A stretch of 64,000 bases of DNA from Candidatus Eiseniibacteriota bacterium (lineage in GTDB: Bacteria > Eisenbacteria > RBG-16-71-46), in assembly GCA_963717935.1 (NCBI GenBank), contig CAVQXP010000002.1:397539-461538 (forward strand), given 5' to 3'. Below, piece by piece: positions 10,244 to 22,206 of this stretch. Position 1 is the first letter of the stretch. Every line of letters starts with the position of its first letter. The notes under the pieces were generated by a model. The model did not search any database, was not told the origin of the DNA, and saw nothing but the letters and a program-made list of their open reading frames with translations. The translations under genes were made by a program, and so were the position numbers.

Positions 10244-10972
10244 GTGACCGACACCGTTCTCGCCGTCATCCCCGCCCGTTTCGCGGCCACGCGCTTCCCG
10301 GGCAAGCCGCTCGCGGTGCTGTGGGGCAAGCCCATGCTCCAGCACGTCTGGGAGCGGGCGCGTGCGGCGCGCGGCCTCGACGAGCTGCTGATCGCGACCG
10401 ACGACGAGCGCATCGCCGCGGCGGCGCGCGGCTTCGGCGCCAGGGTCGAGCTGACCTCCTCCGGTTGCGCGAGTGGCACCGACCGCGTGGCCGAGGTGGC
10501 GCGGCGCCGGCCCCGCGCCGGCCTGGTGCTCAACCTGCAGGGCGACGAGCCCGAGCTCGAGACCGAAGCGGTCTCGCGGCTGGTCGAGGTGATGCGTGGC
10601 GATGCGTCCCTGCGCATGGGGACCGTCGCGCACCACGAGCCCGATGCCGCGCTGCTGGCCCGGCCGGACGTGGTCAAGGTGGTGGTGGACGCCGCCGGCT
10701 TCGCGCTCTACTTTAGCCGCGCGGACGTCGCGGAGGGCTCGCGGGGCGGACCGGCGCTGCGCCACGCGGGCGTCTACGCCTTCCGCCGCGACCTGCTCCT
10801 CGAGTTCGCCTCGTGGCCGCCGGGCCGGCTGGAACAGGCCGAGCGGCTCGAGCAGTTGCGCGCGCTCGAGCGCGGCGTGCGCATCAAGGTCGTGCCGGGC
10901 GAGCGCCCGTTCGCGGGCGTGGACACGCCCGAGCAGTTGCAGACGTTGGAGAGACGCGGGCCGCGTCCCTGA
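10244..10972 (+). CDS. kdsB: 3-deoxy-manno-octulosonate cytidylyltransferase
   Basis: VIPARFAATRFPGKPL, SGTDRVAE, NLQGDEP, LEQLRALE, GVDTPE. Confidence 0.95.
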   Translation: MTDTVLAVIPARFAATRFPGKPLAVLWGKPMLQHVWERARAARGLDELLIATDDERIAAAARGFGARVELTSSGCASGTDRVAEVARRRPRAGLVLNLQGDEPELETEAVSRLVEVMRGDASLRMGTVAHHEPDAALLARPDVVKVVVDAAGFALYFSRADVAEGSRGGPALRHAGVYAFRRDLLLEFASWPPGRLEQAERLEQLRALERGVRIKVVPGERPFAGVDTPEQLQTLERRGPRP

Positions 10973-11017
10973 GGCGCAGCCCTGAGCGGAGACCCTCCGG
11001 GAAGGGGAGGCACGGAG

Positions 11018-12737
11018 ATGCCGAAGTACGTCGTGGTCACGGGGGGCGTGGTGTCGTCCCTCGGCAAGGGGATCGCCGCGGCCTCGCTGGGGTTGCTGCT
11101 CAAGGCGCGCGGCCTGCGTGTCACGCTGCAGAAGCTCGACCCCTACCTCAACGTGGACCCCGGGCACCATGAGCCCGTTCCAGCACGGCGAGGTCTTCGT
11201 CACCGACGACGGCGCCGAGACCGACCTGGACCTGGGCCACTACGAGCGCTTCACCAACACCTCGGTGACCCGCAGCCACAACGTCACGGCCGGCCAGGTC
11301 TACGACACCATCCTCTCGAAGGAGCGGCGCGGCGACTACCTGGGCCGCACCGTGCAGGTCATCCCCCACGTCACCGACGAGATCAAGCGCCGCATCACGA
11401 GCCTGGCGCTCACCTCCCAGGCCGACGTGGCCATCATCGAGATCGGCGGCACGGTGGGCGACATCGAGTCGCTGCCGTTCCTCGAGGCGGTGCGCCAGCT
11501 GCGGCTCGAGTTGCGCCGCGACACGCTGTTCGTGCACGTCACGCTGGTGCCCTTCCTGAAGGTCGCGGGCGAGGTGAAGACCAAGCCCACCCAGCACTCG
11601 GTGCGCGAGTTGCGGGAGATCGGCATCCAGCCCGACATCCTGCTGTGCCGCAGCGAGGTGTCGCTCGACAGCGAGGTGCGCGAGAAGATCGCGCTGTTCT
11701 GCAACGTCCCGACCGAGGCGGTCATCGGCGCCACCGACCGGGCGTCGATCTACGAGGTCCCGCTCATGTTCCACGAGGGCGGACTCGACTCGCTGGTGGT
11801 GCAGGGGCTGGGCCTCGACACCGACGCGCCCGACCTCCGGGTCTGGACCGATTTCGTCTCCCGCGTGCGCGACCCCGAGAAGGAGTGCGAGATCGCGGTG
11901 GTCGGCAAGTACACGCACGTGCGCGACGCCTACAAGAGCATCGTGGAGGCCTTCGTCCACGCCGGGGCCGCCAATCGCGCGCGGGTCCGGGTGCGCTGGG
12001 TCGAGGCCGGCGACCTCGAGACGCGCGGGGCCGCGGAGTCGCTCGCCGACGTGGACGGCGTGCTCGTGCCGGGCGGCTTCGGCGAGCGCGGCATCGAGGG
12101 CAAGATCGAGGCGGCGCGCTACGCGCGCGAGCGCGGCATGCCCGTACTTCGGCCTGTGCCTGGGCATGCAGGTCGCGACCATCGAGTTCGCGCGCCACGT
12201 GGTGGGCTGGCAGGAGGCGCACTCCAGCGAGTTCGACCCGCACGCCGCGCAGAAGGTGATCGACCTGATGGCCGACCAGGAGGGCATCAGCGAGAAGGGC
12301 GGCACGATGCGGCTGGGCTCGTATCGCTGCGCGCTGCAGCCGGGCAGCCTGGCTGCGCGCGCCTACGGCCGGACCGAGGTCGAGGAACGCCATCGGCACC
12401 GCTACGAGTTCAACAACAAGTACGCGGCGCAGCTGCAGTCGCGCGGGCTGGTGCTGTCGGGCCGCTGCGTGGGGCGCGACCTGGTCGAGATCGTCGAGCT
12501 GCCCGACCACCCGTGGTTCCTGGCGGTGCAGTTCCACCCCGAGCTCAAGTCGCGACCCTACGATCCACACCCGCTGTTCGTGGACTTCGTGCGCGCCGCC
12601 CTGGAGCGCCGGCGCGCGCGGCTGGGCAGCGACGCGCGCGCGCGCGCCGGTGCGCCGGCCGTGGACGGGATGCAGCGGGGAGAGGCGCCCTCCACGGGCC
12701 CGGCGGTGGGCGCGCCGGCGCCGCGCGTGAGGGACGC

Positions 12738-12741
<4 letters not shown>
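11018..12741 (+). CDS. pyrG: CTP synthase (frameshifts ~11165, ~12142)
   Basis: [79 protein letters not shown]. Confidence 0.96.
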
Positions 12742-14086
<1,345 letters not shown>

Positions 14087-14087
<1 letters not shown>

Positions 14088-15063
14088 TGGCGCGCGACCT
14101 GATCGAGCTGGCGCGAGAGGTGGTGCGCGGCGAGACCGCGGCGGTCGCCGGGCTCGAGAGCCGGCTCGGCCCGGAGTTCCTCGCGGCGGTCGAGTGCCTG
14201 CACGGCTGCCGCGGCAAGGTGGTGGTCTCGGGTGTGGGCAAGTCCGGGCTGCTCGCCCACAAGCTCGCGGCCACGCTCACCAGCACCGGCACGCCGGCGG
14301 TGTTCCTGCACCCGGCCGACGCCCTGCACGGCGACGCCGGCCTGTTCGCCTCCGGCGATGTCGCCCTGTTCCTCTCGAAGAGCGGCGCCAGCGACGAGTT
14401 GCTGGCGCTGCTGCCCTACCTCGAGCGGCACGGCATCCCGCTCGTGAGCATCGTCGCGACCCCGGGCTCCGCCCTCGGGCGCAAGAGCGGCGTCTGCCTG
14501 GTGACCGGCCCGGTGCGCGAGGTCTGCCCCATGGACCTCACGCCCGACGACCAGCATCACGGTGGCCCAGGTGATGGGCGATTGTCTCGCCGTGGCGCTG
14601 CTCGAGCGGCGCGGTTTCAAGGCCGAGGACTTCCGCTTCCTGCACCCGGGCGGGGTCATCGGGCGCTCCGCGGCGCGCCGCGTCGAGGAGCTGATGCACG
14701 AGGGCGCCGCGCTGCCGCGGGTGGCGGAGAGCGCCCCGCTGCGCGAGGTGATGCTCGAGATCATGGACAAGCGGCTCGGCATCACGACCGTGCTGGACGG
14801 CGCCGGACGGCTCGCCGGCGTGATCACCGACGGTGATTTCAAGCGCATCCTGCTCAAGCACCCGGACCCCTGGGACGCTCAGCGCGCGGGAGGTCATGGC
14901 CCGCGCGCCGAGCACGACCGGCCGGGACACGCTGGTGGCGGCCGCGGTGCGCCAGATGGAGGAGCGGCCTGCCGGCCCGATCACCGCGCTGGTCGTGGTG
15001 GACGGGGAGGGCATGCCCGTCGGTGTGCTGCACCTGCACGACTGCCTCCGCGCAGGACGTTAG
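14087..15063 (+). CDS. kdsD: Arabinose-5-phosphate isomerase, KpsF/GutQ (SIS + CBS), frameshifts ~14545, ~14880
   Basis: [56 protein letters not shown]. Confidence 0.92.
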
Positions 15064-15203
15064 CCCGGACGTCGTCGCGGCGGCCGGGGCGCGGTCCGGC
15101 CCGGCCTCGCCAGTCTCCATCCGTCGACGGCGCCGTCACCCCGGCGTCAAGTCCGGGCCCGTTCGGACCGATAACCCCTCAGGATTTCAACGCGCAGACG
15201 CGC

Positions 15204-15219
15204 TGGCACTTGTCGTGCT
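15204..15219 (+). promoter_or_regulatory. Sigma54 -24/-12 site upstream of lptC-lptB-rpoN
   Basis: TGGCACTTGTCGTGCT: GG-N10-GC with a TGGCAC -24 box. Confidence 0.55.
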
Positions 15220-15247
15220 TGCGACCCGTCCCCCCCTTTGTTAGCGT
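15219..15247 (+). promoter_or_regulatory. Sigma70 promoter TTGCGA-N17-TAGCGT (extended -10), abutting the sigma54 site
   Basis: Spacing counted by eye; the -10 ends 13 nt before the lptC ATG. Confidence 0.5.
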
Positions 15248-15260
15248 GGGCTTCGACGTG

Positions 15261-15896
15261 ATGAACCGGGCACCTTTGATCCCCAGGGGGCGTTGGTCCC
15301 CCCGCTTCCGTGGTCTCCCTCCGGGGGCCCGAAGCCTCGTGGCGTTGGCGCTGCTGCTGCTCGTCGTCGCGGGCTGCGGCACCGAGCGCTCCAGCGTGCC
15401 CTCGCGGGCCGCCGGCGAGCTGCCGGACCAGGAGGTGAGCGATTTCGCCCTCACCGAGACCGACCAGGGTGCCCCGCAGTGGAAGCTCTATGCCCGCTAC
15501 GCGGCCACCTACAACGCCCGCAACGTCATCGTCGCCCGCGCCGTCCGCGTGGACTTCTTCGACGAGCAGGGCGCCCAGTCCTCCGAGCTCACCGCGCGCG
15601 AGGGCGAGATCCAGCTGCAGACGCGCGACATGACGGCGCGCGGCAACGTGGTCCTGCAGACGCGCGAGGGCACGCGCATGTCCACGCAGGAGATTCGTTT
15701 CCTGAACCGCGAGCAGAGGATCGTCTCTCCGCTCGAGCAGATGGTGCGGGTGGAGCGCGCGGGTGACGTGCTCACCGGCTACGGCTTCGAGAGCGATCCC
15801 GGGCTCAAGCACTTCGAGTTCAAGCGCAAGGTGGAGGCGACGGTGCAGACGCGCTCGGGCGGCGGAGTCTCCGAGCGCAAGAGCGGTGCCCGGTGA
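15261..15896 (+). CDS. lptC: LPS export periplasmic protein LptC
   Basis: Hydrophobic anchor LALLLLVVAGC, W.L.A..A..Y, LTAREG, ARGNVV, TGYGFESD; position between kdsD and lptB. Confidence 0.82.
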   Translation: MNRAPLIPRGRWSPRFRGLPPGARSLVALALLLLVVAGCGTERSSVPSRAAGELPDQEVSDFALTETDQGAPQWKLYARYAATYNARNVIVARAVRVDFFDEQGAQSSELTAREGEIQLQTRDMTARGNVVLQTREGTRMSTQEIRFLNREQRIVSPLEQMVRVERAGDVLTGYGFESDPGLKHFEFKRKVEATVQTRSGGGVSERKSGAR

Positions 15897-16705
15897 GCGG
15901 TGACGGCGACCGCCGGCCCGCCCTGGACCCGCCGAACGAGGGTGCCCGTGCCCCGGACGTCCCGGTGGCGCCGCCGGGCCCGGCCGAGGGCCTGGTAGCC
16001 AGCGGGCTCGAGCGCTACTACGGGCGCTGGCGCGTCGTGGACGACGTGACCTTCCACGTGCGCCGCGGCGAGGTCGTGGGGCTGCTCGGACCGAACGGGG
16101 CCGGCAAGACCACGTCCTTCTACATGATCGTGGGCTTGCTCCGGCCGAGCCGGGGGCGCATCCTGCTCGAGGGCCGCGACGTCACCGACGAACCCGTCTA
16201 CCGGAGGGCGCGGCTCGGGCTCGGCTACCTCGCGCAGGAATCGAGCATCTTCCGCCGCCTGACGGTCAGCGACAACGTGATGGCCGTGCTGGAGACCATG
16301 CCCCTCACCAAGGCCGAGCGCGAGGCGCGGCTGAAGCTGCTGCTGGAGGAGTTGAACCTCACGCACCTGGCGGGCCGCATGGCCACGAAGCTCTCGGGCG
16401 GCGAGCGCCGCCGCGTGGAGATCACGCGGGCGCTGGCGCGGCAGCCGTCCTACATGCTGCTCGACGAGCCCTTCGTCGGCATCGACCCCATCGCGGTCGC
16501 GGAGATCCAGGACATCGTGGGTCGCCTGCGCCAGCGAGGGCTCGGAGTGCTCATCACCGACCACAACGTGCGCGAGACGCTGCGGATCACCGACCGCGCG
16601 TACATCATGTACGAGGGCCGTATCCTCCTGCAGGGAACCTCGCAGGAGCTGGCCAGCGACTCGAGAGCGCGTGAGATCTACCTGGGCGACCGATTCAGTC
16701 TCTGA
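15893..16705 (+). CDS. lptB: LPS export ABC ATPase
   Basis: GPNGAGKTTSFYMIVG, LSGGERRRVEI, LDEPFVGIDP, ITDHNVRETL, YLGDRF. Confidence 0.96.
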   Translation: MSGDGDRRPALDPPNEGARAPDVPVAPPGPAEGLVASGLERYYGRWRVVDDVTFHVRRGEVVGLLGPNGAGKTTSFYMIVGLLRPSRGRILLEGRDVTDEPVYRRARLGLGYLAQESSIFRRLTVSDNVMAVLETMPLTKAEREARLKLLLEELNLTHLAGRMATKLSGGERRRVEITRALARQPSYMLLDEPFVGIDPIAVAEIQDIVGRLRQRGLGVLITDHNVRETLRITDRAYIMYEGRILLQGTSQELASDSRAREIYLGDRFSL

Positions 16706-16735
16706 CGCCAGCCGCCGCACGGAGCCAATCCCATC

Positions 16736-18169
16736 ATGGAAATGAAACCTTCGCTGAACCTGAGCCTGCGGCCGGCCCTCATCATGACGCCGCGCCTGCA
16801 GCAGGCGCTCAAGCTGCTGCAGGTGCCGACGCTCGAGCTTCAGCAGATCCTCAAGCAGGAGATGATCCAGAACCCGCTGCTCGAGGAGGTGGACGAGGTC
16901 ACGGAGAGCGAGGACCTCGCCAAGGAGGACTCTCCCGAGGAGAAGGCCAACGAAGAGGCGGAGGACCCGACCGAGGAAGATCCCATCGACTGGTCGGATT
17001 ACATGCAGGACGGGGCGCTCGACCGGGTCTACGTGCCCCAGCAGGAGACCTCGGTGGAGTTCCTCGAGAAGGTGCCGGTCACGCGCACCTCGCTGGCCGA
17101 GAGCCTGCTCGAGCAGCTCCACTTCCTGGCGCTCTCGCCGCGCGACCTGATGCTCGCGGAGTTCCTGGTCGGCTCGCTGGACGAGCGCGGCTGGCTGGCG
17201 ACCCCGCTCGATGAGGTGGCGCAGTCCACGGGCCAGCCGCTCGAGCTCTGCGAGCGGATCCTGAAGGTCATCCAGGCGCTCGAGCCGGTCGGGGTGGGAG
17301 CGCGCGACCTGCGGGAGTGCCTGCTCATCCAGCTCGAGGCGCGCAACGAGCGCGATACGCTGCCGTGGAAGCTCATCCACGACCAGTTCGACAACCTGGT
17401 GAACCGGCGCTTCCCCGAGATCGCGCGCCAGCTCAAGTGCACGTCCGAGGAGGTGCAGGCGGGGGCCGACGCCATCGCCACGCTGAACCCCAAGCCGGGG
17501 CTCCAGGTCTCGAGCGAGGATCCCAGGTACGTGGTGCCCGACCTGGTCGTCGAGCGCGTGAACGACGAGTACCTCGTCATGCTCAACGACCGGCACCTGC
17601 CCCGGTTGCGCATCTCCGCGGCCTACGAAGGCGTGATGCGCGGCAAGAAGAAGTCGGAGTGCACCGTCGGCGAGGTCAAGACCCGCGAGTACATCCAGGG
17701 CAAGCTGAACTCGGCGCGCTGGCTCATCCAGACCATCGAGCAGCGGCGCCGCACCATGATCAAGGTGATGAACTGCATCATCCGCGAGCAGCGGGAGTTC
17801 TTCGACAAGGGGATCGCGTTCCTGCGGCCGCTCACGCTCCAGCAGGTCGCCCGGCAGATCGACATGCACGAGTCCACGGTGAGCCGCGTCTGCAGCGCGA
17901 AGTACGTGCAGACGCCGCGCGGCGTGTTCGAGCTCAAGTTCTTCTTCTCGAGCGGGCTCGAGACCGAGGACGGCGAGGACGTGTCGGCCCGGACGGCCCG
18001 TGACATCATCAAGACCCTCATCGACGAGGAGGTCAAGACCGAGCCGCTGTCCGACCAGCGCATCGCCGAGCTCCTGCACGAGACGGGGCTCAAGATCGCC
18101 CGGCGGACGGTGGCCAAGTACCGGGAACAGCTCAGCATCCTGCCGGCGCGGTTCCGCCGGCGCGTGTGA
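16736..18169 (+). CDS. rpoN: RNA polymerase sigma-54 factor
   Basis: MTPRLQQALKLLQ, EPVGVGARDLRECL, MHESTVSR, RpoN box ARRTVAKYRE. Confidence 0.97.
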   Translation: MEMKPSLNLSLRPALIMTPRLQQALKLLQVPTLELQQILKQEMIQNPLLEEVDEVTESEDLAKEDSPEEKANEEAEDPTEEDPIDWSDYMQDGALDRVYVPQQETSVEFLEKVPVTRTSLAESLLEQLHFLALSPRDLMLAEFLVGSLDERGWLATPLDEVAQSTGQPLELCERILKVIQALEPVGVGARDLRECLLIQLEARNERDTLPWKLIHDQFDNLVNRRFPEIARQLKCTSEEVQAGADAIATLNPKPGLQVSSEDPRYVVPDLVVERVNDEYLVMLNDRHLPRLRISAAYEGVMRGKKKSECTVGEVKTREYIQGKLNSARWLIQTIEQRRRTMIKVMNCIIREQREFFDKGIAFLRPLTLQQVARQIDMHESTVSRVCSAKYVQTPRGVFELKFFFSSGLETEDGEDVSARTARDIIKTLIDEEVKTEPLSDQRIAELLHETGLKIARRTVAKYREQLSILPARFRRRV

Positions 18170-18199
18170 CATTCGTCCTGGAAGGGGAAGGATCCCGCC

Positions 18200-18586
18200 A
18201 TGCAGATCAGCACGACCGCTCGCCACTGCGAGCTCGATGCCCAGGTCCGCGAATTCGCGCTGCAGCGTCTGACGAAGCTCGAACGCTTCGCCCGTGACAT
18301 CCAGGAGGCGCACCTCGTCGTCACCGTCGAGAAATTCCGCCACTCGGCCGAGATCACCCTGCGGATCAAACACCACGAGATGGTGAGCCGCGAGGAGGCG
18401 GACTCCAGCAAGGTGGCCATCGACCAGGCCGCCCACCGGCTGGAGCAGCAGCTCCGCCGGCTCAAGGACAAGCGCACCGCGCACAAGGGGGCCGTCCACG
18501 AGCTGCCCGGGACCGCCGGCGGCAGCGACGAGGCGGAGCCCGAGTTCGACCAGGAGCCGGACCTCCGGTCTGGCACGGAGGACTAG
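18200..18586 (+). CDS. hpf: Ribosome hibernation promoting factor (RaiA/HPF)
   Basis: MQISTTARH, AID.A..RLEQQLRRLKDK; lies directly after rpoN. Confidence 0.9.
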   Translation: MQISTTARHCELDAQVREFALQRLTKLERFARDIQEAHLVVTVEKFRHSAEITLRIKHHEMVSREEADSSKVAIDQAAHRLEQQLRRLKDKRTAHKGAVHELPGTAGGSDEAEPEFDQEPDLRSGTED

Positions 18587-18593
18587 GATCGCC

Positions 18594-19565
18594 GTGGAAT
18601 CCATCAGCCCGACCCGTCTCTACGAGGACCAGAAGGAGGAGCTCCACCTGGAGATCCTCACCGAGTCGCTGGCCTCGCGCCGCGAGATCACCGTGAGCGA
18701 CACGAATCGCCCGGGCATGGCGCTCATGGGATTCGTCGAGAACTTCCTGTCCGAGCGGATCCAGATCCTGGCGCAGACCGAGTTCGCGTACCTCGCGACG
18801 CTGCCCGAGGCGAAGATGCGCGAGGCGGTGGACCGGCTGTTCCAGTTCTCGATCCCGCTCATCGTGGTCTGCAAGGCCCTCAACGTGCCGCCCTACCTGG
18901 TCCGGCGGGCGAACGAGTGCCAGGTGCCGGTGATGCGCACGCCGGAGAGCACGACGCCGTTCATCCACAGCCTGACGCTCTACCTGGACCACATGTTCGC
19001 GCCGGTGACGTCGGTCCATGCCTCGCTCGTGGACGTCTACGGCTGCGGACTGCTGTTCACCGGGCAGAGCGGGATCGGCAAGTCGGAGACCGCGCTCGAC
19101 CTGGTCGAGCGCGGCCACCGGCTGGTGGCCGACGACATCGTGACCATCACCCGGCGCCACGGAGGCGTGCTGGTCGGCGGCGGGAACCAGCTGCTGCGCC
19201 ACCACATGGAGATCCGGGGGCTGGGCATCATCGACGTGCAGTCGATCTTCGGCATCCGCTCGATCCGCTTGCAGAAGCGGGTCGAGGTGGAGGTGCAGCT
19301 CAGGGAGTGGTCGAACGAGGAGAGCTACGAGCGCGTCGGGATCGACGAGCGCAAGACCGAGATCCTGGGCGTGCCCATCCCGCACGTCGTGGTCCCGATC
19401 GTCCCGGGGAAGAACATCACGGTGATCGCCGAGGCCCTGGCGCTCAACTACCTGGTCAAGGTCTACGGCGGCTACTCGCCGGCCGACCGGCTCAACCAGC
19501 ACCTGATCGAACACATGAAGCGCAAGAGCGCCGCGCGCGCCTGGGTGCGCGAGGACACGGAGTGA
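18594..19565 (+). CDS. hprK: HPr kinase/phosphorylase
   Basis: NRPG, GQSGIGKSETALDLVERGHRLVADD, MEIRGLGIIDV, PGKN. Confidence 0.96.
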   Translation: MESISPTRLYEDQKEELHLEILTESLASRREITVSDTNRPGMALMGFVENFLSERIQILAQTEFAYLATLPEAKMREAVDRLFQFSIPLIVVCKALNVPPYLVRRANECQVPVMRTPESTTPFIHSLTLYLDHMFAPVTSVHASLVDVYGCGLLFTGQSGIGKSETALDLVERGHRLVADDIVTITRRHGGVLVGGGNQLLRHHMEIRGLGIIDVQSIFGIRSIRLQKRVEVEVQLREWSNEESYERVGIDERKTEILGVPIPHVVVPIVPGKNITVIAEALALNYLVKVYGGYSPADRLNQHLIEHMKRKSAARAWVREDTE

Positions 19566-19957
19566 GCCGCATCCCGGCGCTGCTCGTGACGCACGCGGAC
19601 CTGGGGGCGGCGCTGCTGCGCGCCGCCCAGCAGATCTACGGGCCGGTCACGGACGTCGATTTCCTCTCGAACTCCGAGCTCTCGCGGACCGATCTCGAGA
19701 ACGCCATCCGGGAGCGCGTCTCGGGCTGGGCCCACGGCGGGCTCGTGCTCACCGACTTCCCGGGCGGCTCGTGCCAGCAGTGCGGCCTGCTGGCCGCGCG
19801 GGACAACGCCGAGATCGTGGTGGTCACCGGGGTGAACCTGCCGGGCCTGCTCGACTACCTGCACAACCGCGAGCACTACCCCGCCGCCGAACTGGCCGAG
19901 CGCCTCATGACCCGGGCGCGGAACAGCGTGTGCGTGCAGCACGCCCGGCCCGAATGA
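19562..19957 (+). CDS. PTS mannose/fructose-family EIIA
   Basis: LLVTHADLG (phospho-His), LTDFPGGS, TGVNLP. Confidence 0.88.
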   Translation: MSRIPALLVTHADLGAALLRAAQQIYGPVTDVDFLSNSELSRTDLENAIRERVSGWAHGGLVLTDFPGGSCQQCGLLAARDNAEIVVVTGVNLPGLLDYLHNREHYPAAELAERLMTRARNSVCVQHARPE

Positions 19958-20439
19958 GCTGGCTGAACCAGCGGGTGGACGACCGGCTCATCCACGGCCA
20001 GGTCGTGGTCGCCTGGGGTTCGGCGCTGCGCCCCGCGCGGCTCTACGTGGTGGACGACCAGGCGGCGGCGAGCCCCTGGGAGCGCGACCTGCTCGTCTCG
20101 GCCGCGCCGGGCACCGAGGTGCGCGTGCTCACCGTGGTCGAGGCCGCGGCCGCCTGGGAGGCCGAGCGGAGCGCGCCGGGCGGGGCGATGCTCGTGCTGC
20201 GGGACCTGCGCACCGCGCGCGTCCTGGTCGAGTCGGGGGCCGCGGTGCCCGCCTTCACCCTGGGGGGGCTGCACTACGCCCCGGGCAAGGACAAGATCGC
20301 CGAGTACGTCTACCTGGACGATGCCGACCGCGAGGACGCGCGCGCGCTGCTGCGGCGCGGGGTGAAGCTCGAGGTCCAGGACGTGCCGGCCACGCGACCG
20401 CAGGCCCTGATGGCTCTGGACCCGACCATCGCGCCGTGA
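19954..20439 (+). CDS. PTS mannose/sorbose-family EIIB
   Basis: RVDDRLIHGQVVVAW. Confidence 0.92.
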   Translation: MSWLNQRVDDRLIHGQVVVAWGSALRPARLYVVDDQAAASPWERDLLVSAAPGTEVRVLTVVEAAAAWEAERSAPGGAMLVLRDLRTARVLVESGAAVPAFTLGGLHYAPGKDKIAEYVYLDDADREDARALLRRGVKLEVQDVPATRPQALMALDPTIAP

Positions 20440-21143
20440 GCCTCCGGGTCTTCGCCACCCTGCTGCTGGGGGGCGTGGCCGTGCTGGACGCCACGCCCGT
20501 CGCCCAGACGCTGCTCTCGCAGCCGCTCGTGACCGCCACGCTGCTGGGCGCGCTCTGGGGCGAGTGGCGCGTGGCGCTCGAGGTGGGCGTGGTGCTGCAG
20601 ATCCTGGCGGCGAGCACGCTGCCGATCGGCGCGCGCACCCCCGAGGACTACGCCTCGGGCGGGGTGGTGGGCGCGGGCGTGGCGCTGGCCATCGTCTCGC
20701 GGCAGCACTTCCTCATGCTGGACGACGCCGCGGCGCTGGTGGGCGTGCTCGCCGGGCTCGTCACCGCGACCCTGGGCGTGCCGCTCATCAAGTGGCAGCG
20801 GCGGCGCAACGAGGGCCTGAGCCGCTGGTGCGAGGCCGAGGTGCGGCGCGGTGATGCGGGCGCCATCGGCGCCGCGCAGCGCGCGGGCGCTGTCCTGGCG
20901 TTCGCGGTCGGTGTAGGGTACTGCGCCGTCTGCCTGGCGCTCGGGGTGTGGCTCCTGGGTCCCCTGGCGGGACGCCATTCGCTGCGGCTTGCCCGCGCCT
21001 GGTCGCTGGCGCAGCCGCTGTGGATCGGGCTCGGCCTCGCCCAGCTGCTCCAGGCGTTCGTGCAGCGGCGGCTCACTCGGACGGCGCTGTTCGCGATGGC
21101 GATGCTGGGGGCCTGGCTGCTCCTCATGGTGACGGGGCGCTGA
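20436..21143 (+). CDS. PTS mannose-family EIIC
   Basis: SQPLV..TLLG...G, LPIGARTP; multiple TM segments. Confidence 0.85.
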   Translation: MSLRVFATLLLGGVAVLDATPVAQTLLSQPLVTATLLGALWGEWRVALEVGVVLQILAASTLPIGARTPEDYASGGVVGAGVALAIVSRQHFLMLDDAAALVGVLAGLVTATLGVPLIKWQRRRNEGLSRWCEAEVRRGDAGAIGAAQRAGAVLAFAVGVGYCAVCLALGVWLLGPLAGRHSLRLARAWSLAQPLWIGLGLAQLLQAFVQRRLTRTALFAMAMLGAWLLLMVTGR

Positions 21144-21892
21144 TGGGTAGACTGAAGAATCGGGATCTCTGGCGCATGGCGGCGCGCAGCCTGTTCCTGC
21201 AGGCCACGTTCAATTACGAACGCCAGCAGGGCCTGGGCTGGGCGTGGGCGCTGCAGCCGGCGCTGGAGCGCCTCTACCCCGACCCGGCCGAGTACCGGGA
21301 GCGCCTGGCCGAGCACACCGCCTACTTCAACACCCAGCCCACGCTGGCCTCGCTCGCGCTCGGCGCGGTGGCCGGGCTGGAGGAGAGCCGCGCGGCGGGC
21401 GAGGGGCCCGACGCCGCGGCCGTGGCGCGCATCAAGAGCGTGCTCGGCTCCTCGCTCGCCGCCCTCGGGGACCGGCTCTTCTGGCTCACGCTGCGGCCCT
21501 TCGCCGCCTGCCTCGGGGTGCTCGTGGCGCTCGGTGGCTCGTGGGGGGGGGCGGTCGCGCTCTGGGTGTGCTACAACCTGTTCCACCTCGGGGTCCGCTT
21601 CCTCGGGGTGGGCTGGGGATACAGGGCGGGGACCGCGGTGCTGGACCTGGCGCAGCGGCGGCGCTTCGAGCGCCTGACCGGGTACATCGCCCTGCTGGGC
21701 ACGATGCTCACGGGCGTGACGACGGCCTGGCTGCTGGTGCCCGCCGGCGAGCCCCGCCCGCTCGTGTTCCAGGCCGTGTTCGCGGCGGGGCTGGGACTGG
21801 GGCTGGTGGCCGCCGCGCGGCCGCGGCCCTCGCCGACCGAGTGGGCGCTGGGCGTGGGCGCGCTGTGCGTGGCCGCCACGTGGTTCCGGTAG
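21143..21892 (+). CDS. PTS mannose-family EIID
   Basis: LQATFNYERQQGLG, YFNTQP, LAALGDRLFWLTLRP. Confidence 0.92.
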   Translation: MGRLKNRDLWRMAARSLFLQATFNYERQQGLGWAWALQPALERLYPDPAEYRERLAEHTAYFNTQPTLASLALGAVAGLEESRAAGEGPDAAAVARIKSVLGSSLAALGDRLFWLTLRPFAACLGVLVALGGSWGGAVALWVCYNLFHLGVRFLGVGWGYRAGTAVLDLAQRRRFERLTGYIALLGTMLTGVTTAWLLVPAGEPRPLVFQAVFAAGLGLGLVAAARPRPSPTEWALGVGALCVAATWFR

Positions 21893-21936
21893 GCCGTGAT
21901 GAACGTACCGGGGTGGATCCGCCAGGGGAGCCGAGC

Positions 21937-22206
21937 GTGACCGAGGCCGAACTTCTGATCCGCAACCAGCTCGGGCTGCACGCCCGGGCCTGCGCGTTGT
22001 TCGTGAAGACCGCGGCCCGGTTCGCCTCGGAGGTCTACGTGAGCCGGGACGACCTCGAAGTCAACGGCAAGAGCATCATGGGCGTCATGATGCTCGCGGC
22101 CGAGGAGGGCAGTACCATCCGGGTGCGGGCCGAGGGCGCCGACGAGCGCGAGGCCGTGGCGGCCCTGCGTGGGCTCGTGGACGGCAAGTTCGGGGGAGAG
22201 CCATGA
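21937..22206 (+). CDS. ptsH: Phosphocarrier protein HPr
   Basis: NQLGLHARA (His15), NGKSIMGVMML (Ser46). Confidence 0.94.
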   Translation: MTEAELLIRNQLGLHARACALFVKTAARFASEVYVSRDDLEVNGKSIMGVMMLAAEEGSTIRVRAEGADEREAVAALRGLVDGKFGGEP

